Source: Octopus vulgaris (lineage: Eukaryota). Taken from it: 64,000 bases of DNA. The notes below the pieces were generated by a model, which was not told where the DNA came from, ran no database searches, and was given only the letters and a program-made list of their open reading frames with translations. Location of the stretch: NCBI GenBank assembly GCA_951406725.2, contig OX597834.1:16058001-16122000 (forward strand), given 5' to 3'. This document shows, piece after piece, positions 13,358 through 26,153 of this stretch. Numbering within the stretch: the first letter of the stretch is position 1; each line of letters opens with the position of its first letter. A program made the translations under genes and the position numbers.

Positions 13358-13608
13358 GGAGTAAACACATAAATGTAAAACAAGGTGGAAAAAAGAGTAC
13401 TCAAATACCAGGGGTAGAGTAATATGCTTTATTTAAAAGCAGCAGAAAATTCAACAAAACCTGTTACTCTGAGTTTCATGTTCGTTGGACAGTTTTTGCT
13501 AGAAAAAGAGATCTTTTTTTTCTAGCAAAAACTGTCCGACGAACAGGAACGTGAAACTCAGAGTAACAGGTTTTGTTGAATTTCTGCTGCTTTTAAATAA
13601 AGTATATA
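13356..13608. mobile_element. Penelope-like terminal fragment in inverted duplication, with a hammerhead-like motif at 13532-13569
   Basis: Near-perfect palindrome 13422-13608; + strand CTGT-CCGACGA-ac..gt-GAAA-ctcagag-TA-ACAG. Confidence 0.65.
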
Positions 13609-14362
13609 TATATATATATGTACACAAGTGTGACACTAAACATGTATTAATACACATATGTATGCATATGTAACCCTTGGTTACAAATGAATTTTGGGAA
13701 TCTTGTGATGTAAATTCTCACCATTTTGTATATTTTCTACAGCAACAGTAAGATGCTACGAACATTTTTCATTAATAAGTCTCACTCTCTCGCTACCTTC
13801 ACACTAGAACCACTAAACACCAAAACACACTGAAAACCATAGCTTTTGCAAAGTTTACCACCACTAGTTTCAGCACCGATACTACCACAGCCATCACCAT
13901 TAAAAAATATAATGCAGACACCTCCATATTTACACCACCGTAAGCAAAAAGACGTGAGGAAAAAATAGTAATAGGAATAAGGAGAAAAATTAAATAAAAT
14001 GTAAAGAAAAAAAGTAAACAGAAAAATAAAACCATAGTGATCACCAATAGCTTGTGCATTCAGAAATAAAAATAGTAAAGAAATAAATGAAAATGCATGT
14101 AAATACTGGAATTACACCCAAAACTGACAGCAAAATAACATTAAAATACAAAAGCAACAACAATTTCTGGGGAAACAACATCTCGGATCAGGCAAAATTA
14201 TTAGACATATATTTGTTGTTATTATGAAACTCAAAAAGCTGTGTGTTTTGTTGGTTTTGTTTTTTTTAACACAGATGTTTTTTTTCTGATGTTTTATTAA
14301 TTTTAATATTAGTAATAATAACTTTGAATTTTAAAAAAATGTTATGAAAGATACTGAGTGTA

Positions 14363-14401
<39 letters not shown>

Positions 14402-15059
14402 AGGCAATAAAATACAATAAAATGCCTCACTACCATTTTCCTTCCTTACCTGCCACCACACCCCCAGAGTGCATATGTGTGAAAGTGTGTGTGAGTGTGA
14501 ATATATGTGTGTGTGTGAGAGTGTGAACGTGTGTGTGCGTGAAAGTGTGTTTGTGTGAAAGGGTGTATGTGTGAAAGGGTGTATGTGTGAAAATGTGTGT
14601 GTGTGTGTGTGCAAAGCATGGCATATGGCCACAGGAGCACATACGCAATGTCTTATGCACACACACACACACACACACGTGTGTGTGTACCTTGTAGCTG
14701 AACCTTAACTGCTTATCAAGTAAAAGATCTCTAATTCCAAACTTTGAAGACACAAAGCCAGTGGATGGATGGATGGTTTGTTGACAGGTGAAAACGACAA
14801 CAATATCACCACTTACAGGTAGGGATTTTCAGAAGCACAAATATAAACTAACACACAAACAAACATACATACAGGTGCATATGTTGCTATGTCTATGTGT
14901 TTATATGCATACGTGTGTGTGTATGTTTATATATATACATACATATGTAAAAGTCAAATGATGAGAATGAGTGCTCAATACTGCATCGGTGGATAGAATT
15001 TCTTTATTTGTGTATGAAGGCTAACAGTCGTTTCATGACCCTTGCTCAAGATAACATCC

Positions 15060-15476
15060 TTATTTCTTTACTACCCACAAGGAGCTACACATAGAGGGGA
15101 CAAACAAGGACAGACAAATGGATTAAGTCAATTATATCGACCCCAGTGCGTGACTGGTACTTAGTTAATCGACCCCGAAAGGATGAAAGGCAAAGTCAAC
15201 CTCGGCGGAATTTGAACTCAGAACGTAGCAACAGGAAAAATACCTATTTCTTTACTACCCACAAGGGGCTAAACACAGAGAGGACAAACAAGAACAGACA
15301 AATGGATTAAGTCAATTATATCGACCCCAGTGCGAAACTGGTACTTATTTAATCAATCCCTAGAGGATGAAAGGCAAAGTCGACCTTGGCGGAATTTGAA
15401 CTCAGAACGCAGTGGCAGACGAAATACTGCAAAGCATTTCGCCCAGCGTGCTAATGATTCTGCCAGCTCACCGCCT
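15060..15476 (-). mobile_element. Meta-domain-like SINE dimer
   Basis: One head and two bodies; gataacat on both flanks. Confidence 0.85.
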
Positions 15477-15632
15477 TTCTGATAACATTCTGTAGTACTG
15501 AACTTGAAATCACATGGTTGTGGAAAGCAGGTTACTTAACCACACAGCCACTGTAGGGTAAAAGCTGGCTGCTATTTCAAGCAAGTCGAGCAGCCATTGA
15601 GAAGATGGCTCCGGCTGTTGGCTCGCCAGTGG

Positions 15633-15705
15633 TTAATACCCGGTGCCGTGCCGATGATAAGTTTCAAGATGCCGGTCAAGAGGGAATTCGAATAGCGATA
15701 CAAAC
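15633..15705 (-). CDS. Candidate terminal exon after exon C (WFVSLFEFPLDRHLETYHRHGTGY*)
   Basis: Acceptor aatctctcttccattAG; locally GC/CpG-rich unique sequence; phase-2 reading ends at TAA 15633-15635; the phase-1 reading is also open (GLYRYSNSLLTGILK...). Confidence 0.4.
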
Positions 15706-16060
15706 CTAATGGAAGAGAGATTGGGCAAGAATCCAGAATGAGGTCAAGGAGCTGATGGAAAGGGTAAGAGATGATAAATCATGTGAGTTTAGACATATCT
15801 CTGTTCCAGAAACCTCCATTGGCCTAGTCCCTCCTCTTCTTCCTCCTCCTCCATCTCCCACTTTCAGGAGTAGTGGGGTGGGATGGCAGGAAGGAGGAGG
15901 GGTTAAAATATACACAAATAACAATATAGTAACATGTGTACTCACTTTGGTGCAATATTTAAAGATATATATTTGCATTACACATATATATATACAAAAT
16001 ATATATCCAATATATTCACGCAAATGCAGTATATATATAGGCTCACTCACTCTCTATCCA

Positions 16061-16113
<53 letters not shown>

Positions 16114-16595
16114 TATGATAGCATATGTCTATATGTACATTTGTGTGTGTATATGTGTATGTATGTATGTATGTATGTATACATGTGTCTATATATATGT
16201 ATATATGTGTGTATATGTATATAGGTATGTGTATACATGTGTGTGTGTATGCGTCTGTGTGTGTGTGTGTGTGTGTGAATGCAGTATAAACTATATAAAT
16301 ATATTTACAGAAGGAAGCCGTGCCATTACATCTTACCATTATCTCGAAAAAATTATTATTTAATAAGAAAAAATTTTCCGAACCATGTCAAAAGGTAAAA
16401 AAAAAAAACCTCACCAAAGTAAGCATCTCTTAAAAGAACGGTTAATAACATGACACCCTGCTAAATAATTAATACCCAGGTAGGACATCAACAAGAAAAC
16501 AAAAAAAAAAGAACAGATAATATTATCAAGTCAATGCATTAATAATTGTGAAGCAAGGCAGATGTCAATGCTTTTGGATTCAGTCATGGATCAAG

Positions 16596-17050
16596 GGAGA
16601 AGGAAGGAGAAGGGAGAGAGGAGGAAGGAGAAGGGAGAGAGAAGGAGGGAGAAGTGGGGTGAAAGGAAGAGGAGGAGGGAGAAGAGGGGCAAAGGAGGGA
16701 GAAGGGAGAGAGGAGGGAGAAAGAAGAGAGAAGGAGGGAGAAAGGAGAGAGAAAAGGGAGAATGGAGGGAGAGAGGAGGGGGAAGAAGGGTGAGAGGAGG
16801 GAGAAAGGGAGAGAAGGAGGGAGAAGGGAGAGAGAAGGAGGGAGAAGGAGGGAGAAGAGAGGAGGAGGAAGAAGGGTGAGAGGAGGGAGAAAGGGAGAGA
16901 AGGAGGGAGAAGAGGGTAGAAGGAGGGAGAAGGGAGAGAGAAGGAGGGAGAAGGGAGAGAGAAGGAGGGAGAAGGGAGAGAGAAGGAGGAAGAAGGGTGA
17001 GAGGAGGGAGAAGGGAGAGAAAAGAATAGAAGGAGAATAGGAGGAAAGCG
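16596..17050. repeat. Polypurine (GGA/GAGA) minisatellite
   Basis: ggagggagaagggagagagaa-like 21-bp units; almost purely purine. Confidence 0.9.
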
Positions 17051-17109
17051 AGGGAGTGGTTTACAGAAAGGTATTCATTTACTTGATTAAGCTCTTCTCT
17101 CTCTATAGT

Positions 17110-17450
17110 AAAGGCACATGACTCAATGGTTAAGAGCATCAGATTCACAATCATGAGGTAGTGAGTTCGATTCCTGGATCAGGCTGGATGTTGTGTTCTT
17201 GAGCAAGACACTTTATTTCATGTTGCTCCAGTTCACTCAGCTCTAGAAATGAGTTGCGATGTCACAGGTGCCAAGCTGTATTGTCTTATTGTTTTCCCTT
17301 CAATAACATCAGTGGCATGAAGAGGGGAAGCTGGTTTTGAATAGGTGACTGCTGGTCTTCCATAAACAACCTTGCCTGGATTTGTGCCTGGGAGGGCAAC
17401 TTCCTAGGTGCAATGCCATGGTCATTCATGACCGAAGGGGGTCTCTACCC
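17110..17450 (+). mobile_element. tRNA-derived SINE (V-domain-like)
   Basis: tgactcaatggttaag A box, gagttcgattcc B box, gtgttcttgagcaagacacttt block. Confidence 0.75.
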
Positions 17451-18644
17451 TCACATATGTGAGTCTGTGTGTGTCTCCTTGTCTCAATATCTCATCATCA
17501 TCATCATCATTTAGCGTCCGCTTTCCATGCTAGCATGGGTTGGACGGTTCAACTGGGGTCTATGAAGCTGGAAGGCTTCGTCAGGCCCAGTCAGATCTGG
17601 CAGTGTTTCTACGGCTGGATGCCCTTCCTAACGCCAACCACTCCGTGAGTGTAGTGGGTGTTTTTTACGTGCCACCCGCACAGGTGCCAGACAGAGCTGG
17701 CAAACGGCCACGAACGGATGGTGCTTTTACGTGTCACCGGCACGGGGCCAGGAGATGCTGGCAACGGACACGAACGGATGGTGCTTTTACGTGCCACCGA
17801 CACGGGGCCAGACAGAGCTGGAAAATGGCCACATCTCATGCTATATAAATAAATGACAGCAACATACAAGCAGTCTTGTCCACTTCCAAATGTCCATGTA
17901 GACGTGTCCAGTCACGGAAGAAAATATTACACTGTTTGAGAAGGAGAGTTGCTGATAGTAAGGTCATCTGGCCATATTAAATTCCCCTTAATGATTTCCA
18001 TCCAATGCATGAAAACATGGGATAGTGAAAGTGAAACAATCACGATCATCATCATCATCATGCCACCTTGCCCACACACAATTCATTACACTCACACACA
18101 GATTAATCCACCCCACACACACACACAAATTTATCTTATGCATACACGTGTTCCAGCACACCATCTTCATCTCCCACACTCTCTCGTCTTGCTTGCTTCC
18201 CTAACTTTTTACTCGTTGCTCATCTAGAAAAAAAATTCTTCGTTCCACTATTTCCTGTTTACCATCACAGCATGGTAAAACTCGTAAACAAAAACACATC
18301 TTTTGTTTCTTCCATTAATTCTGTTTTATCCTTCTATTTTCGTTTTCCTTTTATTTGTTTCACCTTCTCCCTCCTCCTTTTTTTTTTTTTTGACAAAGAG
18401 CCACAGCCAGAAATATCGAATTAGATTTCTTCCTCTTCCTCCACAGCATTTAATGCATTGATTGACTTTACACTTTGTCTTATCGACATTTCAAACTTTT
18501 TCTTGTTTTCATTTTCATATTTTATTAATTTTTTTAAAATTTTGTTTTGACTTTTTGTGGAGATATTTACGTCTTTTGTTTTTTTTTTTTTTTGCTAATG
18601 TCCAACCTAGATATCATTAATTAATTGCCAGGATACCGTCTTAC

Positions 18645-18696
18645 CAACTTAATGCAGACTTAACCCGGATTACCCCTGGACTTTTCAATGGCATCA
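18645..18696 (-). CDS. Coding exon C (VMPLKSPGVIRVKSALS)
   Basis: Acceptor attttcAG, donor TTG|GTAAGA; 52 nt, phase 1 to 2; open in the frame required by exon B. Confidence 0.65.
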
Positions 18697-19580
18697 CTGA
18701 AAATCATAGCGATCAGTTTTAATAACCAAAAATTCCTATAAATAATAATTATGTGACATAACAACCTATATTTTTTTCTCACACCAGTATCTTCCATATC
18801 AAAACAAAAAAAAAAAAAAAAAAAAACATTGTTAAAAAAATTCAAAACGTAAATATACAAATAAAACAATCAAGTAAAACTAATTAGCAAAAACAAAAGA
18901 AAGAAAAGAAGGAAGAAGAAGGCGCAGGGAATCAGTAAGAATTGATTCCTATGAAGAATTCTGGCATCATCGATGTCCATTTTAATGTCTATTCTATACC
19001 ATTCCTCCCTCTAAGACTGATACAATGAGTGTGCAGAAGTCCATTCATCATCTACACACTAATTATTGGTTCCAGTTTACAAAATCAAGTAGAATGGTTG
19101 GTGAGAACCCACATCATCTCTGGCAGCTATCTTTTCTTCTTAATTCTTTTGTTTCAGTCTTTGGACTGCAGCTTTGCTGAGGGCTCTACCTTAACCCTTT
19201 TGATACCAACCTGCTGCTGCTGCTGTCATTGATGAAGTGGTGCCCTCGTATCACACAAACTCAGACAATTTTGCAAACTTTAGCCATAGATTTTTGTTGC
19301 AGCCACTAACCATCATTGGTACATATTGGTACATTTTTTTGGCATAATAGTGATGAGAATTCTTTTTAATTTTGGCACAATGTCATTGATTTTAAGAGGA
19401 GTTAGGGAGTGGATTACATCAACCACTGTACTCATCTGGTACTTTAATTTAATTGAGGTAACAAGGATGAAAAGCAGATTTAACATTGGCAGGATGTGAA
19501 CCCAGAATGTAAAGGGCTGGTAGAAATATCATAAAGCATTTTGCCTTGACAGGCAAATGATTCAGCTAGCTCACTATCTT

Positions 19581-20060
19581 CATCATCATCATCATCATCG
19601 TTTAACGTCCGTTCTCCATGCTAGCATGGGTTGGACGGTTCGACCGGGGTTCTGGGAAGCCAGAAGGCTGCACCAGGCTCCAGTCTAATCTGGCAATGTT
19701 TCTACAGCTGGATGCCCTTCCTAACGCCAACCACTCCGTGAGTGTAGTGGGTGCTTTTTACGTGCCACCTGCACAGGTGCCAGGCGAGGCTGGCAACGGC
19801 CACGGTCGGATTGGTGTATTTTACGTGCCACCGGCACGGAAGCCAGTCGAGGCGGTGCTGGCATCGGCCACGAGTCGGATAGTGCTTTTTACGTACCACC
19901 AGACCAGGGATCCTGGCTGGTTCAATTCGATTTCGATTTCGATTTCGCTTGCCCCAACATGTCTTCACAAGCAAAGGGGGTTGGCATGGGTGCCTGTCGT
20001 ACGGTCGCATTGGAGTATTTTACGTGCCACGGCCACGAGTCGGATAGTGCTTTTTTTTTA
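19581..20060 (-). mobile_element. (GAT)n-tailed SINE-like element, young copy
   Basis: Near-identical reverse complement of the copy at 30248-30724. Confidence 0.85.
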
Positions 20061-20083
20061 TGTATCTTAATAATAATAATAAT

Positions 20084-20577
20084 GATGTACATTGTTTTGT
20101 CTTGGTATACAAGATGGGCTACAGCAAATATTCTGCTCAATACCACAGATTTGCTTGTCAGTTGTTTGACCTTAACCAGTTGACCATGTCCCTTAGTGGC
20201 CGACAATATGTGCATATCTAATCATGAGCAGAAGCAGAGGAGAAGCATCATAGCCGTGTGTTGAAAGAAATTTTTAGAGGTTTGGATAATTCATCTTTGG
20301 AAACATGGGTGGTTCGTTCAACATCCTTAATCCTTATTCAGGGACCTTTTGAGCAGGATGGGTTACTCGACCAGAAGAAAATTCTAACTGGGCCCCACCT
20401 GCAAGGTCATGTGCTGTTTATCTGGATATAAGATCACCATGTTGCGCACATATGGTTGTGATGCATGTGCCTAGTGTACCCTTATCAGACAGGTAGTCAT
20501 GATGGGTATACTGGGCTTCGTATATTTTACCCCAGTGTCACTTTGATGGCATGCACTGTTCTCTCACTCAATAATAA
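20084..20577 (+). mobile_element. Retroelement 3' UTR-like repeat ending in (AAT)n; second copy at ~22555-23367
   Basis: About 500 bp shared with 22607-23367; both end ctctctca(c/t)tcaataat. Confidence 0.65.
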
Positions 20578-21123
20578 AAATGGTGGCGACGGTAACGGCG
20601 ATGACGATGACACCCCTTTCTACAAGGCCTGAAATTTGGGTTCAGGGAACCAGTTAATTACATAGACCCCAGTGTTTCACTGGTACTTAATTTATCAACC
20701 GTGAAAGGATGACAGGCAGAGTCAACCTTGGCAGAGTAGGAACTCAGAATGTAAAAGCAGACAAAATGCCGCAAAGCATTTCGTCCAGTGTGATGATGAT
20801 GATAATAATAATCGTTTCTGATTAAGGCACAACACTAATAATGTTTGCAGGGAAGTGGGACTAGTTGACTGCACTGGCCCCAGTATCTGACTTAGTGCTT
20901 TAATTTATCAACCCCGAAAGGACAAAAGTCAAAGTTGAACTCAGCAAGATTTGAACTCAAAACATTAAGACTTAAAAGAAATAGCGTATGGGGTTCTTTT
21001 TACTTTTAACAGCACCTTCTTTTACCTTCCTTCTTTCCTTCCTTCATTCTTTCTTATTTATTAATTCATTCACTTTAGTCATTAACCTGTGATTGATTCA
21101 GTAACAAAAGCATTGCAACTTAC

Positions 21124-21256
21124 CAGGGTGGGCTACCCGGCTCTGTTCCACTGCTATTTGTCCAGCAGTGTTGGGGTTATTTCGATTCTCCAAGAGGTTC
21201 TCACGACTAGCAGCCAAGGAAGCTGGGGCACTGAATGGTTGATAATTGTAAGGACA
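21124..21256 (-). CDS. Internal coding exon B (CPYNYQPFSAPASLAASRENLLENRNNPNTAGQIAVEQSRVAHP)
   Basis: Acceptor ctcttttcttttctctaccAG, donor CTG|GTAAGT; 133 nt, phase 0 to 1; continues exon A in frame without stops. Confidence 0.85.
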
Positions 21257-21965
21257 CTGGTAGAGAAAAGAAAAGAGTCAAAGTAGTAAACTAACAACAA
21301 CAACAAAAATAATAATCCCTTTCTACTATAGACACAAGGCCTGAAATTGTGGGCAGGTGGGGGGTGACTAGTCAATTACATCATCTTCAAATCTTTGACT
21401 GGTGCTTATTTTATCAACCCCACCTCCCCCCAAAGTCAAAAGGCAAAATCAACTTCAGGAGTGAATGTGTGGTAAGTAGCTTGCTTACCAACCACATGGT
21501 TCTGGGTTCAGTCCCACTGCGTGGCACCTTGGGCAAGTGTCTTCTGCTATAGCCTCAGGCCGACCAAAACCTTGTGAGTGTATTTGGTAGACGGAAACTG
21601 AAAAGAAGCCCATTGTATATATATGTATATGTATGTATATGTATGTATATATATATACATTGTATATATATGTATATGTATGTATATGTATGTATATATA
21701 TATATATGTATGTATTGCCACATTTTCTGATGAAATTGTTTTCTGTAAAAAAGCTTCATCCTATATTAGTAGTAGACTTATCACTATTTGCTATAGGGAC
21801 TGGTAACCACTATAAGCTGTAGTGGGGAACAGTTCACACGTGTGCTGAAGCTGACCAAAGGATTTTATATTTAGATATATCTGGGGTACTTATATGTACT
21901 CATGATTTTTAGTTCGGCTTTTTTCCATCGGTGCTTGTAAGCATTTGATTTATGTCTTTTCGTAT

Positions 21966-22025
21966 TTTCTACTGAAGAGGAAAAAATTTATTGAGATTAA
22001 TTCCGAAATTGCTTCAATATAGAAA
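21966..22025 (+). ncRNA. Canonical type-I hammerhead ribozyme motif
   Basis: TTTCTA-CTGAAGA-GGAA..TTCC-GAAA-TTG ctt CAA-TA-TAGAAA; all three stems Watson-Crick paired and core intact. Confidence 0.8.
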
Positions 22026-22183
22026 TAACGAACTTTTTACAAAAAATCCTGTTGGCTGGCTTTCCTCGATTTCAGCTCTACGTGTTTTCTGTAGCGAGTA
22101 AATAATATGCGGAAACTGACGATTTAAAAGTCTGTTATCAGCATATTGGCATAGAAGTAATTTTCTTTAGCCCTTGTTTATAA

Positions 22184-22233
<50 letters not shown>

Positions 22234-22664
22234 GTATGTGTGTGTGTGTGTGTGTGTGTGTTTGTCTGTTTGTGTTTGTCCACCCAACATCGCTTGACAA
22301 ACAATGCTGGTGTGTTTACGTCCCCGTTCGGCAAAAGAGATCGATAGAATAAGTACTAGGCTTACAAAGAATAAGTCCTGGAGTCGATTTGCTCAACTAA
22401 AGGCGCTGCTCCAGCATGGCCACAGTCAAATGACTGAAACAAGTAAAAGAGAGCAAAGAGAAAAGAGAGTAAGAAGATGAAGACTGGTGAAATACTGCCA
22501 GGCATCTTGTCCAGCATGCTAACAACTGTGTTTGCTGACCACCACCTAATACAATACCAGGCAGTGGCCCTCATGGCTTTAGCTCTTAACTGATTGGGAA
22601 TGACATCATGTACATGTTTTGTCTTGGTATAAAAAGAAGGGATACACTAAATATTCTGTTCAAT

Positions 22665-22898
22665 ACCTATTTCTTTATTACCCACAAGGGGCTAAACACA
22701 GAGGGAACAAACAAGGACAGACATAGGTATTAAGTCGATTACATCGACCCCAGTTCGTAACTGGTACTTTATTTATCGACCCCGAAAGGATGAAAGGCAA
22801 AGTCGACCTTGGCGGAATTTGAACTCACAACGTAACGCAGACGAAATACCGCTAAGCATTTCGCCCGGCATGCTAACGTTTCTGCCAGTTCGCCGCCT
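22665..22898 (-). mobile_element. Meta-domain-like SINE monomer inserted in the (AAT)n-tailed repeat
   Basis: Full head and body; TSD caatacc; host repeat resumes afterwards. Confidence 0.88.
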
Positions 22899-23384
22899 TA
22901 CAATACCACAGATCTGCTCAATACCACAGATCTGCTTATCAGTTGCTTGACCGTAACCAGTTGAGCATGTCCTTTAGTGGCTGACGATATGTGCATCTCT
23001 GATCACGGGCAGAAGTAGTGGGGGAGCATCATAGCTGTGTGTTGAAAGGAATTCTTTGGGATTTGAATAATTCACTTCCAGAAACATCCTTCAATATCCT
23101 TAAACAACCTTTAATCTTGGACGTTTTGAGTGGGGTGGGCTACTCGAGCTGAAGAAAATTCTAATTGTGCCCACCTGCAAGGTTATGTGCTATTAATCTT
23201 GATATGAGATCACCATGTCACATACATATGGCTGTGATGCATGTGCCTAGTGTGCCCTTATCAGACGGGTAGTCATGGTAGTTATATTGAGCTTAATATA
23301 TTTGTACCACAGAGTTACTTTGATGGCATGCACTACTCTCTCATTCAATAATGATAACAATAATAATCTGTGTCTTATGTACTC

Positions 23385-23599
23385 TTTACTCTTTTACTTG
23401 TTTCAGTCATTTGACTGCAGCCATGCTGGAGCACCGCCTTTAATCGAGCAACTCGACCCCGGGACTTATTCTTTTGTAAGCCCAGTACTTATTCTATCGG
23501 TCTCTTTTGCCGAACCGCTAAGTAACGGGGACATAAACACACCAGTATCGGTTGTCAAGCAATGCTAGGGGGACAAACACAGACACACAAACACACACA

Positions 23600-23637
<38 letters not shown>

Positions 23638-23800
23638 ACAGGCTTCTTTTCCATTTCCGTCTACCAAATCCACTCACAAGGCTTTGGTCGACCCGAGGCT
23701 ATAGTAGAAGACACTTGCCCAAGGTGCCACGCAGTAGGACTGAACCCGGAACCATGTGGTTGGTAAACAAGCTACTTACCACACAGCCACTCCTGTGCCT
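23385..23800 (-). mobile_element. Full-length tRNA/CORE-like composite SINE
   Basis: Reverse complement: ggcacaggagtggctgtgtggtaag...ccttgggcaagt...(TA/TG)n...gactgaaacaagtaaaagag; matches 48958-49350. Confidence 0.85.
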
Positions 23801-23923
23801 ATGTGGTCATAATTTGCAGATTTATTTCTCCAGCTAATCATGTGCTTGCAATTCACTCCTTGTGGAGGCTCCCTCAATAGTAATTAGTTGATGTGAACTG
23901 AAAGAGACAAATAAAATGCTTAC

Positions 23924-24105
23924 CGGATACATGTATTGATGCATGGAAAGATTTGGATTAACCCCCTGGTCCACTCTGTCCACAGGCTGGCAGACAGTAT
24001 CACTGTAGGTGCCAGTTTTACCAGTTGGGGTGGTATACGTCAAAATAGAGCTGCTAGTTGACACAAAGTTGTTAGTGGATGTCACTGGGGGGCTTCTGTA
24101 AGCAG
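23924..24105 (-). CDS. Internal coding exon A of an unidentified spliced gene (xAYRSPPVTSTNNFVSTSSSILTYTTPTGKTGTYSDTVCQPVDRVDQGVNPNLSMHQYMYP)
   Basis: Strong acceptor ttctccttttcttcttcttttacAG and donor CCG|GTAAGC; 182 nt, phase 1 to 0; unique complex sequence; open frame; phase matches exon B. Confidence 0.85.
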
Positions 24106-25989
24106 CTGTAAAAGAAGAAGAAAAGGAGAAAATTGAAAGGACAACAGAATATAACAAACCAGTAGAACCCATGGAAATTCCACAGAATGGAAAAAGATTA
24201 AGCTATTTAAGAGAGAAAGGAAGATTTGCATTTTTATTTTGGTGCAGCCTTCTGGCTTCCCAGACCCCAGCTGAACCGTCCAACCCATGCTAGCATGGAA
24301 AGCAGACGCTAAACGATGATGATGATGATTTTGATAATTTGTTTCACTTCCAGTCATCATAATCATCGTCTAACGTCCACCTTCCATGCTGGCATGGATG
24401 GAACAGTCTCATGGGAGCTTGCCAGGTAAAAGTCTGCACCAGGCTTCTATGATTGTCCTGGCAGGATTTCTACAGTTGGATGCCCTTCCTAACACCGACC
24501 ACCCAGTAGAGTGGACTTTGGGTTTCTTTTACATGGCATAAGCACAGTCACAATAAGCTAGTCCTAGATATACTAGGCTTGAAAATAAAAAGGGGTAGTT
24601 ATGGTTGGATTGCTTCTGATCATAGATACGTGCGATCAAGATTGACGAAGGATCAGTCATTAAAACAACTACTAATATATCTTTATGGTTAAACCAGAGA
24701 GAGACAGAGACAGACAGGGAGAGAGACAGACGGGGAGAGAGAGACAGACGGGGAGAGAGAGACAGACAGAGAGAGAGACAGACGGGGAGAGAGAGACAGA
24801 CGGGGAGGGAGAGAGAGAGAGTGACCCTTTAATTGGATGTTCATCCCAAATGAATTTGACAGCCTTCGATCATACTTTATCACATTAGACTTAGACAAGG
24901 TGAACTTAGTGTATCAAGTTCTGGAGCGGTGGTTCTGGATTGGGGTTAGCAGACCCTAAATGATAATGATGATGATGATGATGATGATGATGTTGATGAA
25001 CATTTTAGTTACTGCAAGTCACAGGTGAAGCAATTTGGAAAAAAAAAAGTTAATATCTTGAACAACAGACACATGACTGAACCAGTGACATCAGCATGAA
25101 CTGCCAGCCTCTCCGCTGTTATTACTGTTCATTATATAAACCAACTTGACGGTCTGCATCCTCTTAGTTCAATTTCACACAAAGTTCCTCAGCTTTTCAA
25201 ATACAAAGTCATCAGCACCAAACAAACGCACACACACACACACACATATACATATGCACACATGTATGCGCATAACAAAAAAAAAAAAAAAAGAAATTAG
25301 AAATGAAATAAATTAAAATATACCAAACAAAATAAATTAGTAACACTAACACACGGAATAATTATTTTAAAATGATTATTGTGTATAGTTCAGAAACAAA
25401 CTAATAAAATTAGGGAAATAACAATTGTGAAAGCTAACAGACCACCAGTATTAGGAGAGACGAGAGTGTTTGATCTGATCGGGAACAATTAAAATAACTG
25501 TTTGCTACAAACAGAGAATATAAACCAGAAACATTAGATTAAGCTGTCCAATTTTTGCACAATTCCACAACAACGAAGTTAGACATGTTACTGACAATCT
25601 TATTAAATTCATCACCGAAATTCCTGCATCAATTCTTCAAAACATTTTCTACATTACAATTAAATCAACATCTTTGAATTCTAATCAATATTGAATACGA
25701 GTAGAAGGTAAAAGTGTGTATATAATATATAAGTATGTAGGTATGCCAATAGGTATGTAAATAGGTAGGTAGGTAGGTAGGTAAGTAGGTAGGTAGGTAA
25801 GGTATGTAGGTAGGTAGGTAAGGTATGTTGGTACTAGGAGACAAAAGAAACAATGATATATAAGCATCAAATGTTTTTGTTTATTTTTTTTTAGCTGAAG
25901 ACAGAGACAGGTGGGGTACGGGTGTGAGGAGGGGCTTTTTAGTGGTCATTCAATCTGCTAGAAATAGAAACCAAATCTCCATCAATTCA

Positions 25990-26024
<35 letters not shown>

Positions 26025-26060
26025 AATGAAATAAACGAAAAACAGGACACAAAGGATGTT

Positions 26061-26153
26061 GCGGTACATATGTTTCGGGCTTTATAGAACAACTTATTCT
26101 TACATCAATGCATAATCGACATAACAGATAGTTCAAAAGCCTTCTTTAGCCGC
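26061..26153 (-). ncRNA. Degenerate hammerhead motif (Penelope-like relic)
   Basis: GCGG-CTAAAGA (G5>A)-aggcttt..aaagccc-GAAA-C-atat-G-TA-CCGC. Confidence 0.5.

Noticed and set aside
14692-14742. Possible phase 0-0 exon FGIRDLLLDKQLRFSYK
   Set aside because: Weak AAG acceptor and GTACAC donor; phase does not fit exon C
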